Shown piece by piece: positions 20,560-33,430 of a stretch of DNA of 64,000 nt. Numbering within the stretch: position 1 is the first letter of the stretch; each line of letters starts with the position of its first letter. Where the stretch lies: NCBI GenBank assembly GCA_000004985.1, contig GG738899.1; one strand, 5' to 3'. The DNA is from Naegleria gruberi. Lineage: Eukaryota. The position numbers were made by a program, and so were the translations under genes. Under the pieces are notes generated by a model. The model made no database searches. It was not told the DNA's origin and saw only the letters and a list, made by a program, of their open reading frames with translations.

Positions 20560-23500
20560 ATGGCACTGGTAAGTTTTATATGCGTTTAATGCGTGATTCA
20601 ATTTTGATAGAGAAACATTTCGAATGCAACAATAGTTAAATCAATTGTTGTTGCAGCAGTTGTTTTGGGTACTTTGATAGGTGCCCTAGTGATTACACTC
20701 GCTGTTACTCTAACAATCAAGTCTGATTTGAATGGCCAATTCACAGATTATGTTAAAGGATACAAGAATAGTGATATTGTAGTCCAACCAACAATTTCAA
20801 CAACATCTTCCAGTTCTCCTGCTCAATTAGACATTTCACAACAAGGATTAGAAAAGCCATATCATGGCTCCCTCAGACTAGGTTCAAACAATACCATCAT
20901 CTACCACTCTGAGAAGTATTTCTCAGGTAATGATACTTTTGAATATTATGTTACCTATGGCGAAAGCTCTTCTCTAAAAGTAAAGAACAGAGTATCCATT
21001 CTAGTTATGAATAGAGATCCAAAAGCTGTACCACTCACATTCGAAATACCAAAGAATTCTCATGATAACATCATTGATATCTTTGAAAAGAATGATAAGT
21101 TTGGAATGAAGGTTACTGATGACGATGATGATATTCTCGAGTTGGTTTCAGTATCCACTCCAAAATTGTCTGGCTCTGTTGTCTCCTCCAATAGTAAGCA
21201 AATTATCTACACTCCATGCACTAATTGTATTGGTGTAGATTCTTTTACATATACTGTTACTGATTTCAATTCAACAGTCTCCTCCACAATTACTATCAAC
21301 TTGGTCAATACTCCACCAAATGCTGTTAGAGATGATTTTACCATTAGCAAGAACAAGTTGGCAACTCTCAATGTCCTCTCCAATGATATTGATGAGAATC
21401 TTGACGAGTTGTACATCATCTCTGCTGGAACTGGTGAAGGTTCTATTGGTAGCGTTGTTGTTTCAACAGACAGAAAGTCATTGATCTATTATCCTAAAGC
21501 TGATACTAAGCCATACCTTGACGTTTTTAGTTATGTCATTACAGATGACTTGAATAATCCAAATTCAACCTCTACAGGTTCTATCCATGTTACAGTTACC
21601 AATTCACCACCTAATGCTCCTGAAACCAAACAAGTTTCAGTTTCCAAGAATTCAGCCAACTCTACCATTGATCTAACCTTTACTGATAATGATATTCTTG
21701 ATACTGTGAATGTTGAAATATTATCAACACCAAAGAGAGGTTACTTTTCTTTTGTTCAACAAAAGTATATTGATTCTGTTGATTATTTGGGTCAAATCTA
21801 TGTAGATGTTCTCAAGTTAAGATATCAATTATTGTACTCTCCAGAGAAAGGTGTTTCCTATTCTGAGAGTTTCAATGTAAAGGTAACAGATGGCTACTCA
21901 AGTTTGATTACAAGTATTATTATCAATGTGGTCAACACTCCTCCTATTTCTGTTAATGATACCATTACATGTACAAAGAATAATGAAGTAGTTGTTGACG
22001 TAATCTCCAATGACTATGATGTTGATGGTGATTCTATCAAGTTGTCTACCACCGATTGGGAGCCAAATAGTTTCAATGGTGGAGAAGTTTTCAGAACTGA
22101 TGACAGGTCAATAACATACAAAGCTCCTCAAGGGTTTGTTGGTATTGATACTGTAAGATATTACATTACTGATGGTGAATCAATTTCATATGGATTCTTG
22201 ACTGTCAATGTTCAAAGTGTAAAGCCGATTGCGGTGAATGATGTATTCTTTGTTCCAAAGGGACTCAAGACGTTCTTGAATGTATTGAACAATGACTACA
22301 GTCCAAGTAAGGATGAAATTTTGTTATCCTTTGCTACCATTAGAAGTGTTGAAGAATCCAATGTAGTACGTAGTCTCAGAAATAACGTCTATGGTTACGA
22401 ATACTCTGCCTCAGATGTGGAATATGTCGATACATTCAATTACAAGGTTGTTGATGTTTTTGGATTGACTTCCGACTCTGCAGTAGTAACTGTTAAGGTT
22501 GTAAACACTCCTCCAAAAGCTGTTGATGATGTCATTTCAGTTTCTTGGAATAGAGATGCTGTTTTGAATGTTCTCGAAAATGACTATGATGAAAATCCAA
22601 GTGATAATCAATTACTTGTTGTTAAGAGAACTATTCACGGAGAAAATCAAACAGTTCCTACTCCAGTCATCTTTGAATCAGGAAAGAAGTTACTCCTTTC
22701 CCCACCAAATGGCTTCACTGGTACTTTTGAATTTTTCTATGTTATTTCTGATACTTTTGATGAATCTAATGTGGCTAAAGTTACCGTTTCTATTGTAAAT
22801 CACCAACCAATTGCTAATGATGATCATGTTAGTGTTCATTGGAGAGATGGAATTTCTGTTATTAATGTTTTGCAAAATGATAGTGATGAAGATGGTGATA
22901 TCCTATTAATCAAGTCTTTCACTCAACCATCCAAAGGATTTGTGGTCAAGAAAGCACTCCCTGATGGAACTGAAGTATTTGAGTACTCTATTCTTGCTTC
23001 TGTAAAATTTGTCGGTATTGATAGTTTCCAATATGAAATTACAGATAATGGCAAGTCCTCAACAGCCACAGTCTATGTCAATGTTACCAACTTTTCTCCT
23101 GTAGCTAATGAAGATTCCTACAATGTACATTGGAACGCAGAGCAACAAGAGTATGAGATTCTCTCTAATGACTTTGATGGCGATTCTGATCCATTGAAAA
23201 TTGTTCCAAACTCTCTCATAATACCAAGTCAATTCAGAGGTCAAACTGAAATCAATGCTGATGGAACTGCAATCAAATTCAAACCTTCAGTTTCAGGTGT
23301 ATTTACTCTCACTTACAGAATTAGTGACACAGTAAGCCAATCATTGGACACTAAAGTTACTTTTAATGTGACCAACTTGGACAAACCGCTCCTGAGAACA
23401 ATCGAAAAGAACATCCATTGGACTATGAACCAACCAATTTCTATTCCTATCACAACTTTCACAAGAGATTCTGATGGTGATTTGCTTGTCATTTCTTCAG

Positions 23501-26500
23501 AGTTTGTGAAACAACCAACTAATGGTAGTATTGAGAGTGTTAATTATGGAGATGCAAATACAGTACCATCTCTTGTTTATAAGAAGAATCCAGGTTTCTT
23601 TGGTTCTGATATCATTCAAGTTTTATTGACTGATGGTTTAGACTCTGCCATTATTACTATCAAAGTCAATTCTATCAATCAAATTCCTCTTTGTCAAAGC
23701 ACTATAAAGGAATCAGTATTTTGGAAGGATTTACCATACGTTAGAAATAGTTTACTTATTGCAGGTGCACTCGATCAAGATAGCGAAGATATTGTCTATT
23801 TGAAGAGCGTTGCCAACAGCTTTAATGATATTTCTGTTAATGGTGATGAAATAACATTCTCTCCATTGAAGGGATTTGTTGAGGAAAGAAATGCTCAATT
23901 GATATTCTCTGACGGATTGGACATTTGTACAAGTATTTTGAAAATCAAGGTAAATGATTCAAAGCCTCAAGCAACCCCTACTATCAGTATGATTCACTGG
24001 TCTAAATCATCTTCCCTAATTGATGTCTTGTCTACTATTGTAGACGCTGATGGTGATTCATGTGATTTCAGTATCAAGTCACAATCTGACTACTCAATTG
24101 GAAGTGCCAGTATTGAATTGAATGCAAATACTAAATTTGTAAAGTGGACTGTATCTAATGATAAGAACTTAGGAGAATCCACTTTTGATATTGAATTCAC
24201 AGATGGTTATTTAACAGATACAGCAACTTATAGAGTCCAAGTTTACAACAATATTCCAATTGTTCCTCAAAAAACCATTGAAGTCCATTGGTCCAAATAT
24301 TTGAATGGTATCTCTATCAATTTGTTACAAGATATTATTGATAATGACGAACAAGATACTGTTTCAATCCCATTAAATTCTTGGGTAACAAGCAAGGTTG
24401 GAACTATCACAATGACTTCCGACAAGATTGCTCTCTATAAACCAAAGCAATCTTATTTGGGAGATGATGAAATTAATTTCACAGTAACTGATGGTTTGGC
24501 CATTGTCAATGTTACTTACAATATTAAGGTCATTAACAGAAAACCTGTTGCTGTTGATGATAATATTTCAGTTCACTGGAATGATACTAGTGTCGATATT
24601 AATGTTTTAGCCAATGACTATGATCCAGATCAAGAAGATACCATCTACATTGCTGCTTTACTCACAGAACCAAGTTCTGGAAGAGTAGAAAAGATTTCAA
24701 CCACAACTGTAAGATATTACTTACCTGAAGATCACTCTGTTTTGGGTGATTTTACTTTCCGTTACTCAGTCACTGATGGTACTGAGATTGCTGAAGCTAA
24801 TGTTACTGTAGATATTGTAAATAGAGATTATCCAATAGATGCCTCTATTTCAAGATCTATCCATTGGAGAGAAGCTGTTTCTGGACTTGCAATCAACATT
24901 GTTCCTTCCAAGAATGATCAAGATGGTGATTTAATAATTTTAAATATTGTTGAATCAAACAATCCTGGCATATTTAGCATTTCCAATGATGTTAACTTGC
25001 TCGTAAAGAGTGAAGAACCTCTCAAGGGAGACTTTAACGCCTCAGTTTCTATCTTTGATGGTATCTCTGTTGCTAATGCACATATTCAAACCTCAATTTA
25101 CAATCATGCTCCAACATCAAGGGATTTGTATTTCAACTTCCACTGGAGTACAATTAGTAGAGGAGTCTATATTGATCTAGTTCAACGATCAAATGATATT
25201 GACTTGCAAGATAAATCAAAGTTGAATATCAAGCATGCTCAAGTTATTGCTGGACCAGATGCTAATGCCGTAACCATTGTAAACAATACTCTTTACTTCA
25301 AGCCAAGCATTCTTGAAATTGGCAACACAACAATTGAGTTTATTATTAGTGATGGATTTGAAGATTCTGATTTACATACCATGATTATTGAAAGTAGAAG
25401 TGTTGTTGCTCAGAAAGCAGATCAATACTTTGATGCTCATTGGCGTTCGTTTGCTTTTGGTAATATCTATGGTCTCGATGAATCATTCAGTAATGAAGAA
25501 ATGATTACCTTATTGGATGTCATTCAACTTCCTGATCATGGAGGACAAGTATCCATTAGTACTATTAGAAACGTTACTTACTATCCTAAAGAAAACTTTG
25601 TTGGTACTGAAGTTTTTGCTGTTTCCTACACAACAGGCATTACCTCATCAAATATTACTGTTCATGTTAATGTCTATAACAATAATCCACAAGGTGCTCC
25701 AAAAGATTATGAAACTCACTGGAGAAATCCTGTTTTGATGAATATTCTTAATGGTGCCTTTGATGAAGATGAATACGATAGATTCTACTTGTTCCCAGAG
25801 TTGCTTGAAGAGTCAACAACAGGAACTTTGTCACAAATTGCTCCTGATGGTTCTGTAACCTTTACTCCAAATGTTACTTCTGGTTTTATTGGAACAACTA
25901 CCTTCTATTACAGAATCAATGATGGAAATAAGGTCTCTTTACCAACTCCTGTAACAATTACCATCAATAACAATCCACCAACATCACACACTAAAGTATT
26001 GAATATAATGTGGAAGAATTTCCTTGATGGTGTTGATTTTGACATTATTTCAACAAATCCAACAGACACTGATTCTGACTCTTTAGATATTCCATTCTTA
26101 TTTGTAAAGAGTTTCAATCAACCATTGCCTTTTGGAGAAGTTTCTCGTTTATCTTCATCCAGAGTCAAGGTTCAAGGTAGTTCATCGTTCCTAGGCTCAA
26201 CTTCATTCTCTTATGTTTTATCAGATGGTGCCATGAATGGTGATTCTACTGGTATTGTGGCCATTAACGTTTACAATAACAAACCAAACTTGACCCAAGA
26301 TACAATTACCACACACTGGAATGTCGACTTTATTGATATTGATGTTTTGTCCAACGATTTTGATATTGATAATAATCCTCTCTTGATTACAACTCTTAAG
26401 AATTATGCCTCACCTGACTCACAAATCATTTTGAATAATAAGGTGAGATATTATCCAAGAACTTGTTCTTCCTCTTCAGATAAATTTAACTATGTAGTTT

Positions 26501-29500
26501 CTGATGGCATTGAATCATCAGAGAGTGAAGTTAATGTAATCATTCTCAATAACAAACCAATTAGCAAGAATTATAATACCACCCATGTATGGCACAATGC
26601 TATTGGAGGTGTAGTTTTCGATATTGTCTCTGAATCAGTGGATGTCGATGGAGATTCTATCAGTATTGTTAAATTCAGCTCTATTCCTTCAGAACAAGGT
26701 ACATTAGAATTGACCAACAATAATAAGAGTCTAATCTATACTCCAAGACTTGGTTTTATTGGTAGTGTTGAAACAATTTCCTATGTAATTACCGATGGAA
26801 GAGATGAAGCTGTTGGTACTATTGATATTGAAATTACTAATAATTTCCCATCTTTGGGTGTTTCTGCAGTTTCTTCTCATTGGAGAAGTGCATTGGAAGG
26901 AACTTTATTCGATTTGAGCTCGAAGTTTATTGATACAGATGGCGATAATGTAATCTTGAAGGCTGTCATTCACCAAGCAGCTAAGGGAACTGTATCAATC
27001 ATTGATTCCAAGACAATCAAATATCAAAGCTCATTTTCTTTCAAGGGTAGTGATTCTTTCACTTTACAATTATCAGACGGATACAACCTTGTTACTGTTG
27101 ATTTGGAAATTGATGTTACTAACAATTTACCAACCTTGAGTGATATTTCTATCCAAACTCTTCACAGATTATCTGGAAATGTAATTATTCCATTGATTAA
27201 CAGAACCGATTCGTTGAAACCAAAAGATTTGGATATTCTCGACAATGACAAGCTTACCATTTCTGCTTTCACTCAACCAGGTATTGGAAGTGTTGTTTTT
27301 TCTGATGCTACACAACTTTCATTCACCTTCTCCAATGTTTTGGGTAATCTTTTGGAACAAACCTTCTCTTACACTGTGTCAGATGGATTGGAAAGTGCAT
27401 CTGCATCTATTACCATTCAAATTCTTAACAATCCTCCAGTTTTGGTTGATGCTGCAAAGAGTTTCCACTGGAGATCTATCTATGAAGAAGGTGGTTCAAT
27501 TGCTCTTGATATTTTGAAGGAATCTAATGCTTTAGATGCTGATGGCGACAATTTGTTCGTAAAGAGCTTTACTCAACCAAGTGTTGGTTCTGTATCTTCC
27601 TTGAATACTTCTCATGTCACATTTAGTCCTGTTGCATTTAAGGCATTTACAACAAGCTTCAAGTTTACTGTTTCAGATGGTGCTCAACAAGTTGAGAAAC
27701 AATTTGACATTTCTATTACAAACACCAATCCAAAGGCAGTTGATGACAGCTTGAACAAATTGTGGAGCAACAAGGTGTTCACTTTCTCTCCATTGGTTAA
27801 TGATTATGATGATAATAATGATCAAATCACTATCGTCCCAGAGTTGACTGAAAAAGTTTCAAGATTGCGATCAGCCTCAATTACTGTAAACAGTGACTTG
27901 AAAACTATTACCTATTCTGATACAGGTTCACTCACTACAGGATCTGATTCCTTCTCCTATACTATAACAGATGGTGTAGCAACAAGTTCTGCTATTGTTT
28001 CTATCACTTTTACTAATACCGAACCTTCAGTTGAATCATTTGAAGTTTCTGTCAAGTGGGATCAATCTATTACTTTTGATAATCTCCTTGGTAGATGTAA
28101 AGATCTTGATGGTGATGCATTGTCATTTGCTGGTATTACTCAAGGGATGTTAGGAACTACTCAATTGATTGACTCTCAAATCGGAACTTCTAAATATACA
28201 CCAAATCGTGCCTTGACCTATACCAACAAACCATCGACTGGTAATTGGACAGTTGTTGATACTATCCAATACTCATGCACAGATAGTGTTGTTCAAAAGG
28301 CAGGTACCATTTCAATCACAATTTACAATGAACCACCAAAAGGAAACGATATTTCCATCTCTCAAGTTAGAAATTACAATAATCCTCAAATTTCAATTGA
28401 TGGATATTCAATTTTATCTCAATCTAGTGATTCCAATGGAGATTCTATTACAATTACCAAAGTCAAACTCTATGATAACCAAAATATTGAAACTTCTGTT
28501 GTTTTACAAGCTGACAGTTCCATCAAATTCAAATATGGCAAGTCTTTCATTGGAATTCAAAAATTCTACTATACTATTTCAGATGGACAACTTGAAAACA
28601 CATACACATATTCTGTTGAAATATTGGGAAGCCCATCTTTGTGCGTCGATTATACCATTTCTACATTCAAAGACGCTTTGTCAACAGCATTCGGATCTGA
28701 CTTGAATTCCAAGTTGAATTTGGCATTTGATGGCGAGCCAATCTCTGTAACAGTTTCTGGAACCTCAACCTTGAGCTCTGTTGGTACTATTAGCACTGTT
28801 GATAATACCCTCACATATACTCCAAATAAGAGAAGATCCTGTATTAACAATGCTTGTTATGCCACCTACACAGCAATCAATGCTGCTGGTCAATCAGCCA
28901 CTTGTAAGATTATTGTCAATCAATCTAACCAAGCTCCAAATAATCCAAGCTATACCTACAAGTATTCTGCCAGAAGAGATGGAAACAACTTGATGATCTT
29001 TGATTATCTTGTTGATGCAGCTGTAACCGATCCTGATAGTACAGACAGCGTTTCTATTCAATCAATCTCAAGTCTTGGATCATGTTCTGATAAGGCCACT
29101 ATTTCTGTTAGTAATGGAAAGATTTCATTCACTAGACAAGCCACCTTCCTTGCTTCCACTTGTACATTCAACATTAAATTACAAGATGATGATGAATTAA
29201 CACCTGCTACAAGCATTGCCTCTATTACAGTTAATCCAACTATTTCTCCACCGTTGGCAGTTTCTGATAACATTATGGCCACTTTCAATTCCAACAGAGA
29301 TATTGATGTTTCTGTTTTGCTTCAAAATGATATTGATTTATTGGGAGGTAGCTTTACATTTGATGGTTTATTCTGCCCAGACGCAACTTACTGCAAGAAT
29401 GGTCTTCCAACCTTGTTGAATGCCAACACTGTTAGAATTCCTTTCAAGACTGGAAGTTGTGAAGCTGAAAAGGTTCAATACAGAATCAAGTCAACCCAAG

Positions 29501-32500
29501 ATGGATCTGTATCATATGCCAATATTATTATCAGATATGCTGGTTGTGTTTGCGAAAATATTTTCGACGTTGTTTTCATTGTTGATGGTTCTTATTCTAT
29601 TTCAGATGCCAATTGGGTCAGTTTGAAATCATTCTTCTCCAATATTACCCAAAGCTTGAACGTTGGTCCTTCTGCAACTAGAATTGGTATTGTTCAATAC
29701 AGTTCTGATGCAACTGTTGAATTAGATCTGAATAGTGGAACTTCGTCTAATGCTATTGTCAATCGTATTAGTAATATTGCTCAAAAGAAATCAGCAACTG
29801 CTTCAATTTATGGTATTGATAAGGCTGTTGAATTGATGGTCTCTCAAGGAAGAAGTGATGTTCCAAACAAGCTCTTTATTCACGTAACTGATGGTCAAAG
29901 TAATATGCCTTGCTCATGTGGTGAATGTAAGAATTATTATGGAACATTTGAAGGATGTAACTCTGTCTTATATCCTGGTAAATCGTGTGACTATTGCTCA
30001 TGGAATGATCCTCAAAGTCGTTGTGCACCTTGTTCAGATTACACAGAAAAATGTCAAAGAATTAACAAGTGGAGAAGTGGTAATAATGATAATCCTGAAC
30101 CATCTAAGAATTGGAATTATAGAATGATGGCTATTGGTATTGGATCTGGTGTCAATAATCCGTACGGTCTAGTTCAATTAGAAAAATCAAACTATGACCC
30201 ATCCCTCTTCCATTTATTCGATTGGAATGATTTGAATTATAAGATGATTGTTGATGAATCATGTGCTGCTTCTTATAACATTTATGGTGAAACTGCTCTC
30301 CAAAATACTACTTACGCTGATTCTCAAATTACAGTTCAATATTCTGGTAGAAGTGTTGTCAATCAATCAAATATTGCTAGTACAACATTTACCTATGTCT
30401 TGACAGCACCAACAAGCACAAAGCAAAAGAGTATCAAGAAATTCGTACTTTCCAATTCAATTTCTGATCCAGAATCATATGTTTCATACAACCCAACATT
30501 CCCTGTATTTGTTGGAACTGAATCCTTGACAAGCTTATTTGGATTTGTGTGGGACTCTGTTCCTTCCTCATCACTTGTTCCAATGGGATCATCTAAAACT
30601 GTTACCATTACTGTATGCGGTGATGTTCCTGAAAGTATGGTTTCTTTTGGTGTTGTTAGTGAATCCTTCATTACCTATTCAACAATTAAGGGACCAGCTA
30701 CTTCACTCTGTGTTGATAAGCCAGTTATTGATCCTAATACTCAATGTTTTGCTAAATCTGGAGCTTCATCATGTAGTGGACATGGTTTGTGTGTTCAACC
30801 TGATCTATGTCAATGTAATTCTGGATACACTGGAACTGAGTGTGAAACTCCTATTTGTTTCGATTTGACTGGTAACTTTGCATGCTCTGGTACTTCTAAG
30901 GGTACTTGTACTGGACCTAATACTTGCCAATGTCAAACTGGTTGGACTGGTACTGATTGTTCTATTCCAATTTGTTATGGTCTTGCAGCAAATAATGCTG
31001 GTTCTTGTAGTGGTTCCTCAAAAGGTACATGTATTTCTAAAGACACATGTCAATGCCAAACTGGATGGACTGGATCTGACTGTTCAGTTCCTATTTGTTA
31101 TTCACAGACTGGATCATCTGCCTGCTCAGGACCATCTCAAGGAAGTTGCATTTCTAAAGATACTTGCCAATGTCAAACTGGTTGGACTGGACCTGAATGC
31201 TCAATTCCAATCTGTTATGGATTAGCAGCAAATAATGCTGGTTCTTGTAGTGGTTCATCAAAGGGTACTTGTATTTCTAAGGATACATGCCAATGTCAAG
31301 ATGGTTGGACAGGATCAGATTGCTCAATTCCTATTTGCTTTGGTCGTCCACAAACTGATACATTATCTTGCTCTGGTTCCTCCAAGGGTACTTGTGTTTC
31401 AAAGAGCAGTTGTTCATGTCAAACTGGTTGGACAGGTTTCGATTGTTCCATTCCAATTTGTTATGGTGTGAATAGTACATCTACATCTGTTTGTGGTGGC
31501 TCCTCAAGAGGTTCCTGTACATCTAAGGATACCTGTCAATGCCAAACTGGATGGACTGGTTCTGATTGTACCGCTCCTGTCTGTTATGGAGCTTCTGGCA
31601 GTAGTGCTTGTGGTGGATCCACTAAGGGAACATGTACTGCACCTAATTCTTGCTCCTGTAAGACTGGTTGGACTGGTTCTGATTGTACAACTCCAATTTG
31701 TTTCTCAAATACTGGAACATCTGCTTGTGGTGGTTCCTCTAAGGGAACATGTACTGGTCCAGACACATGCCAATGCCAAACTGGTTGGACAGGATCAGAT
31801 TGCACAACCCCAATTTGTTATTCACAAACAGGATCTTCAGCTTGTGGTGGTTCAACTAAAGGTACTTGTACAGCTCCAAATACTTGTTCATGTCAATCAG
31901 GATGGTCTGGAAGTGACTGTACAACTCCTGTATGTCCAGGAAATTGTAATGGTAGAGGTTCATGTTCTGCACCAAATTCATGCAGTTGTAATAGTGGATG
32001 GACTGGTTCTGATTGTTCCATTCCTATCTGTTATTCACAAACAGGATCTTCAGCTTGTGGTGGTTCAACTAAGGGTACTTGTACAGCTCCAAACTCTTGC
32101 TCCTGTAATTCTGGTTGGTCTGGTTCTGATTGTACAACTCCAATTTGTTCAGGTGGTTGTGGTAATGGCGTTTGTAGTTCACCTGGTTCTTGTTCCTGTA
32201 ATTCTGGTTGGAGTGGTGCCACTTGTACAACTCCNNNNNNNNNNNNNNNNNNNNNNNNNNNNNNNNNNNNNNNNNNNNNNNNNNCAGTGGATGGAGTGGA
32301 TCTGATTGTAGTGTTCCAATTTGTTCAAGTGGTTGTGGAAATGGATATGCCAGTTCACCTGGTTCTTGTTCCTGTAATTCAGGTTGGAGTGGTGCTACTT
32401 GTACAACTCCTGTTTGCTCTGGTGGTTGTGGTAATGGTTATTGTAGCTCACCAGGATCCTGCTCATGTAATTCTGGATGGTCTGGTGCCTCTTGTACTAC

Positions 32501-33218
32501 TCCTGTGTGTTCAGGTGGTTGTGGAAATGGTTATTGTAGCTCACCAGGTACTTGTTCCTGTAATTCTGGATGGTCTGGCACAACATGTTCAACACCTGTC
32601 TGCTCTGGTGGCTGTGGTAATGGTTTTTGCAGTGCTCCTGGAAAATGTACTTGTAATTCTGGATGGTCTGGCACAACTTGCACAACTCCAGTTTGTTCAA
32701 GTGGTTGTGGTAATGGCGTTTGTAGTTCACCTGGTTCTTGTTCCTGTAATTCAGGTTGGAGTGGTGCTACTTGTACAACTCCTGTTTGTTCAACATGTAA
32801 TGGTAGAGGTTCATGTGTTGGTCCAGAAAGTTGTTCATGTAACAGTGGATGGTCTGGAAATCTCTGTCAAACACCTGTCTGCTCAACCTGCAATGGACGT
32901 GGTACTTGTGTTGGTCCAGAAAGCTGTTCTTGCAGTAGTGGATGGACTGGAAACTTGTGTCAAACACCTTCATGCACCAATAATTGTAATGGACACGGAA
33001 CCTGCACTGGGCCAAATACCTGTTCCTGTAATTCTGGTTGGAGTGGAGCTGCCTGTGAAACTTGTAGTAATTGTTGTTATGGTATTCCAGCTTCTGATCC
33101 AAGTGTTTGTTCCTGGGGTCAAGGTAGATGTGTGAGTGGTGCTTGTGTCTGTATTGGTCCTTACTATTGTGGTGCACAATGTCAACAATGTGGTTGTAAC
33201 AAATATATGTGTCCTTAA
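20560..33218 (+). CDS. Giant adhesin-like type II membrane protein (>4,500 aa): 3-codon first exon (20560-20568), 42-nt intron (20569-20610), N-terminal signal-anchor transmembrane segment, ~28 tandem ~100-aa cadherin/VCBS-like repeats, Cys-rich linker, VWA domain, then at least 22 tenascin-type EGF-like repeats. The CDS is interrupted by a 51-N assembly gap (~32234-32284) inside the EGF array. Stop at 33216-33218.
   Basis: ATG GCA CTG|GTAAGT...GATAG|AGA joins in frame to track ORF 20665-33135, giving MALRNISNATIVKSIVVAAVVLGTLIGALVITLAVTLTIKS (hydrophobic anchor). Repeats carry the recurring signature V(N/Y)(N/T)xPxAxxDxxxVxWNxxxxxIxVLxNDxDxDGD, about every 100 aa from ~20980 to ~29300. VWA/MIDAS-like DVVFIVDGSYSIS...RIGIVQYSSDATVELDLN at ~29560-30200. 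EGF modules C.G.G.C.....C.C..GW(T/S)G.DC..P(I/V)C recur every ~31 aa from ~30760. Track ORF 32208-33218 continues the same EGF repeats after the gap in the correct frame and ends ...CQQCGCNKYMCP*. Confidence 0.8.
20980..29300 (+). repeat. Coding tandem array of ~28 divergent ~300-nt (100-aa) cadherin/VCBS-like repeat units within the giant gene.
   Basis: Periodic protein motif (VNTPPxAVxDxISVxWNxxAxLNVLxNDYDxDxD and variants such as IHW/THW/FHW + ...ND.D.DGD) counted about 27-29 times in the translation of 20665-33135. Confidence 0.7.
30760..33120 (+). repeat. Coding tandem array of ~93-nt EGF-like repeat units, highly similar at the nucleotide level, containing the assembly gap. The true copy number is unknown.
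   Basis: Recurring ...tgt caa tgt caa act ggt tgg act gg(a/t) tct gat tg(t/c) tc(a/c) att cc(a/t) att tgt tat... units. A run of 51 N at ~32234-32284 lies in the middle of the array. Alternate reading frames stay open across the array (track ORFs 30878-32305 +), typical of a low-complexity repeat. Confidence 0.75.
32234..32284. other. Assembly gap (51 N) inside the EGF-repeat array of the giant gene.
   Basis: Literal run of n in the sequence. Flanking sequence on both sides is the same EGF repeat unit. Confidence 0.95.
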
Positions 33219-33430
33219 TTAACCAAATAAATAATTTTATCTAAAGGTCTAAGAACAATAATATATGCGTTGTAAAAAAGATATTGTGTTGAGCAAAAGG
33301 TAAACCATCCAACTTCAAAACCATCCCACAAGTTTTAAATCGTGTTGATCTAATGAAAATTACATTTATTGTAAACAAATAACCAAACTTGAAATGTCAA
33401 TTTGAAAGAAAAAACCTCATCAAAAAAAAA

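Noticed and set aside
30878-32305. Long + strand ORFs in alternate frames (30878-31225, 31235-31471, 31493-32305) and minus-strand ORFs (31584-31805, 32031-32222, 32497-33188) inside the EGF array.
   Set aside because: They are repetitive V/L/Q-rich or P/Q/E-rich translations of the same ~93-nt EGF unit in the wrong frame or strand. The in-frame reading gives well-formed Cys-spaced EGF modules continuous with the upstream gene.
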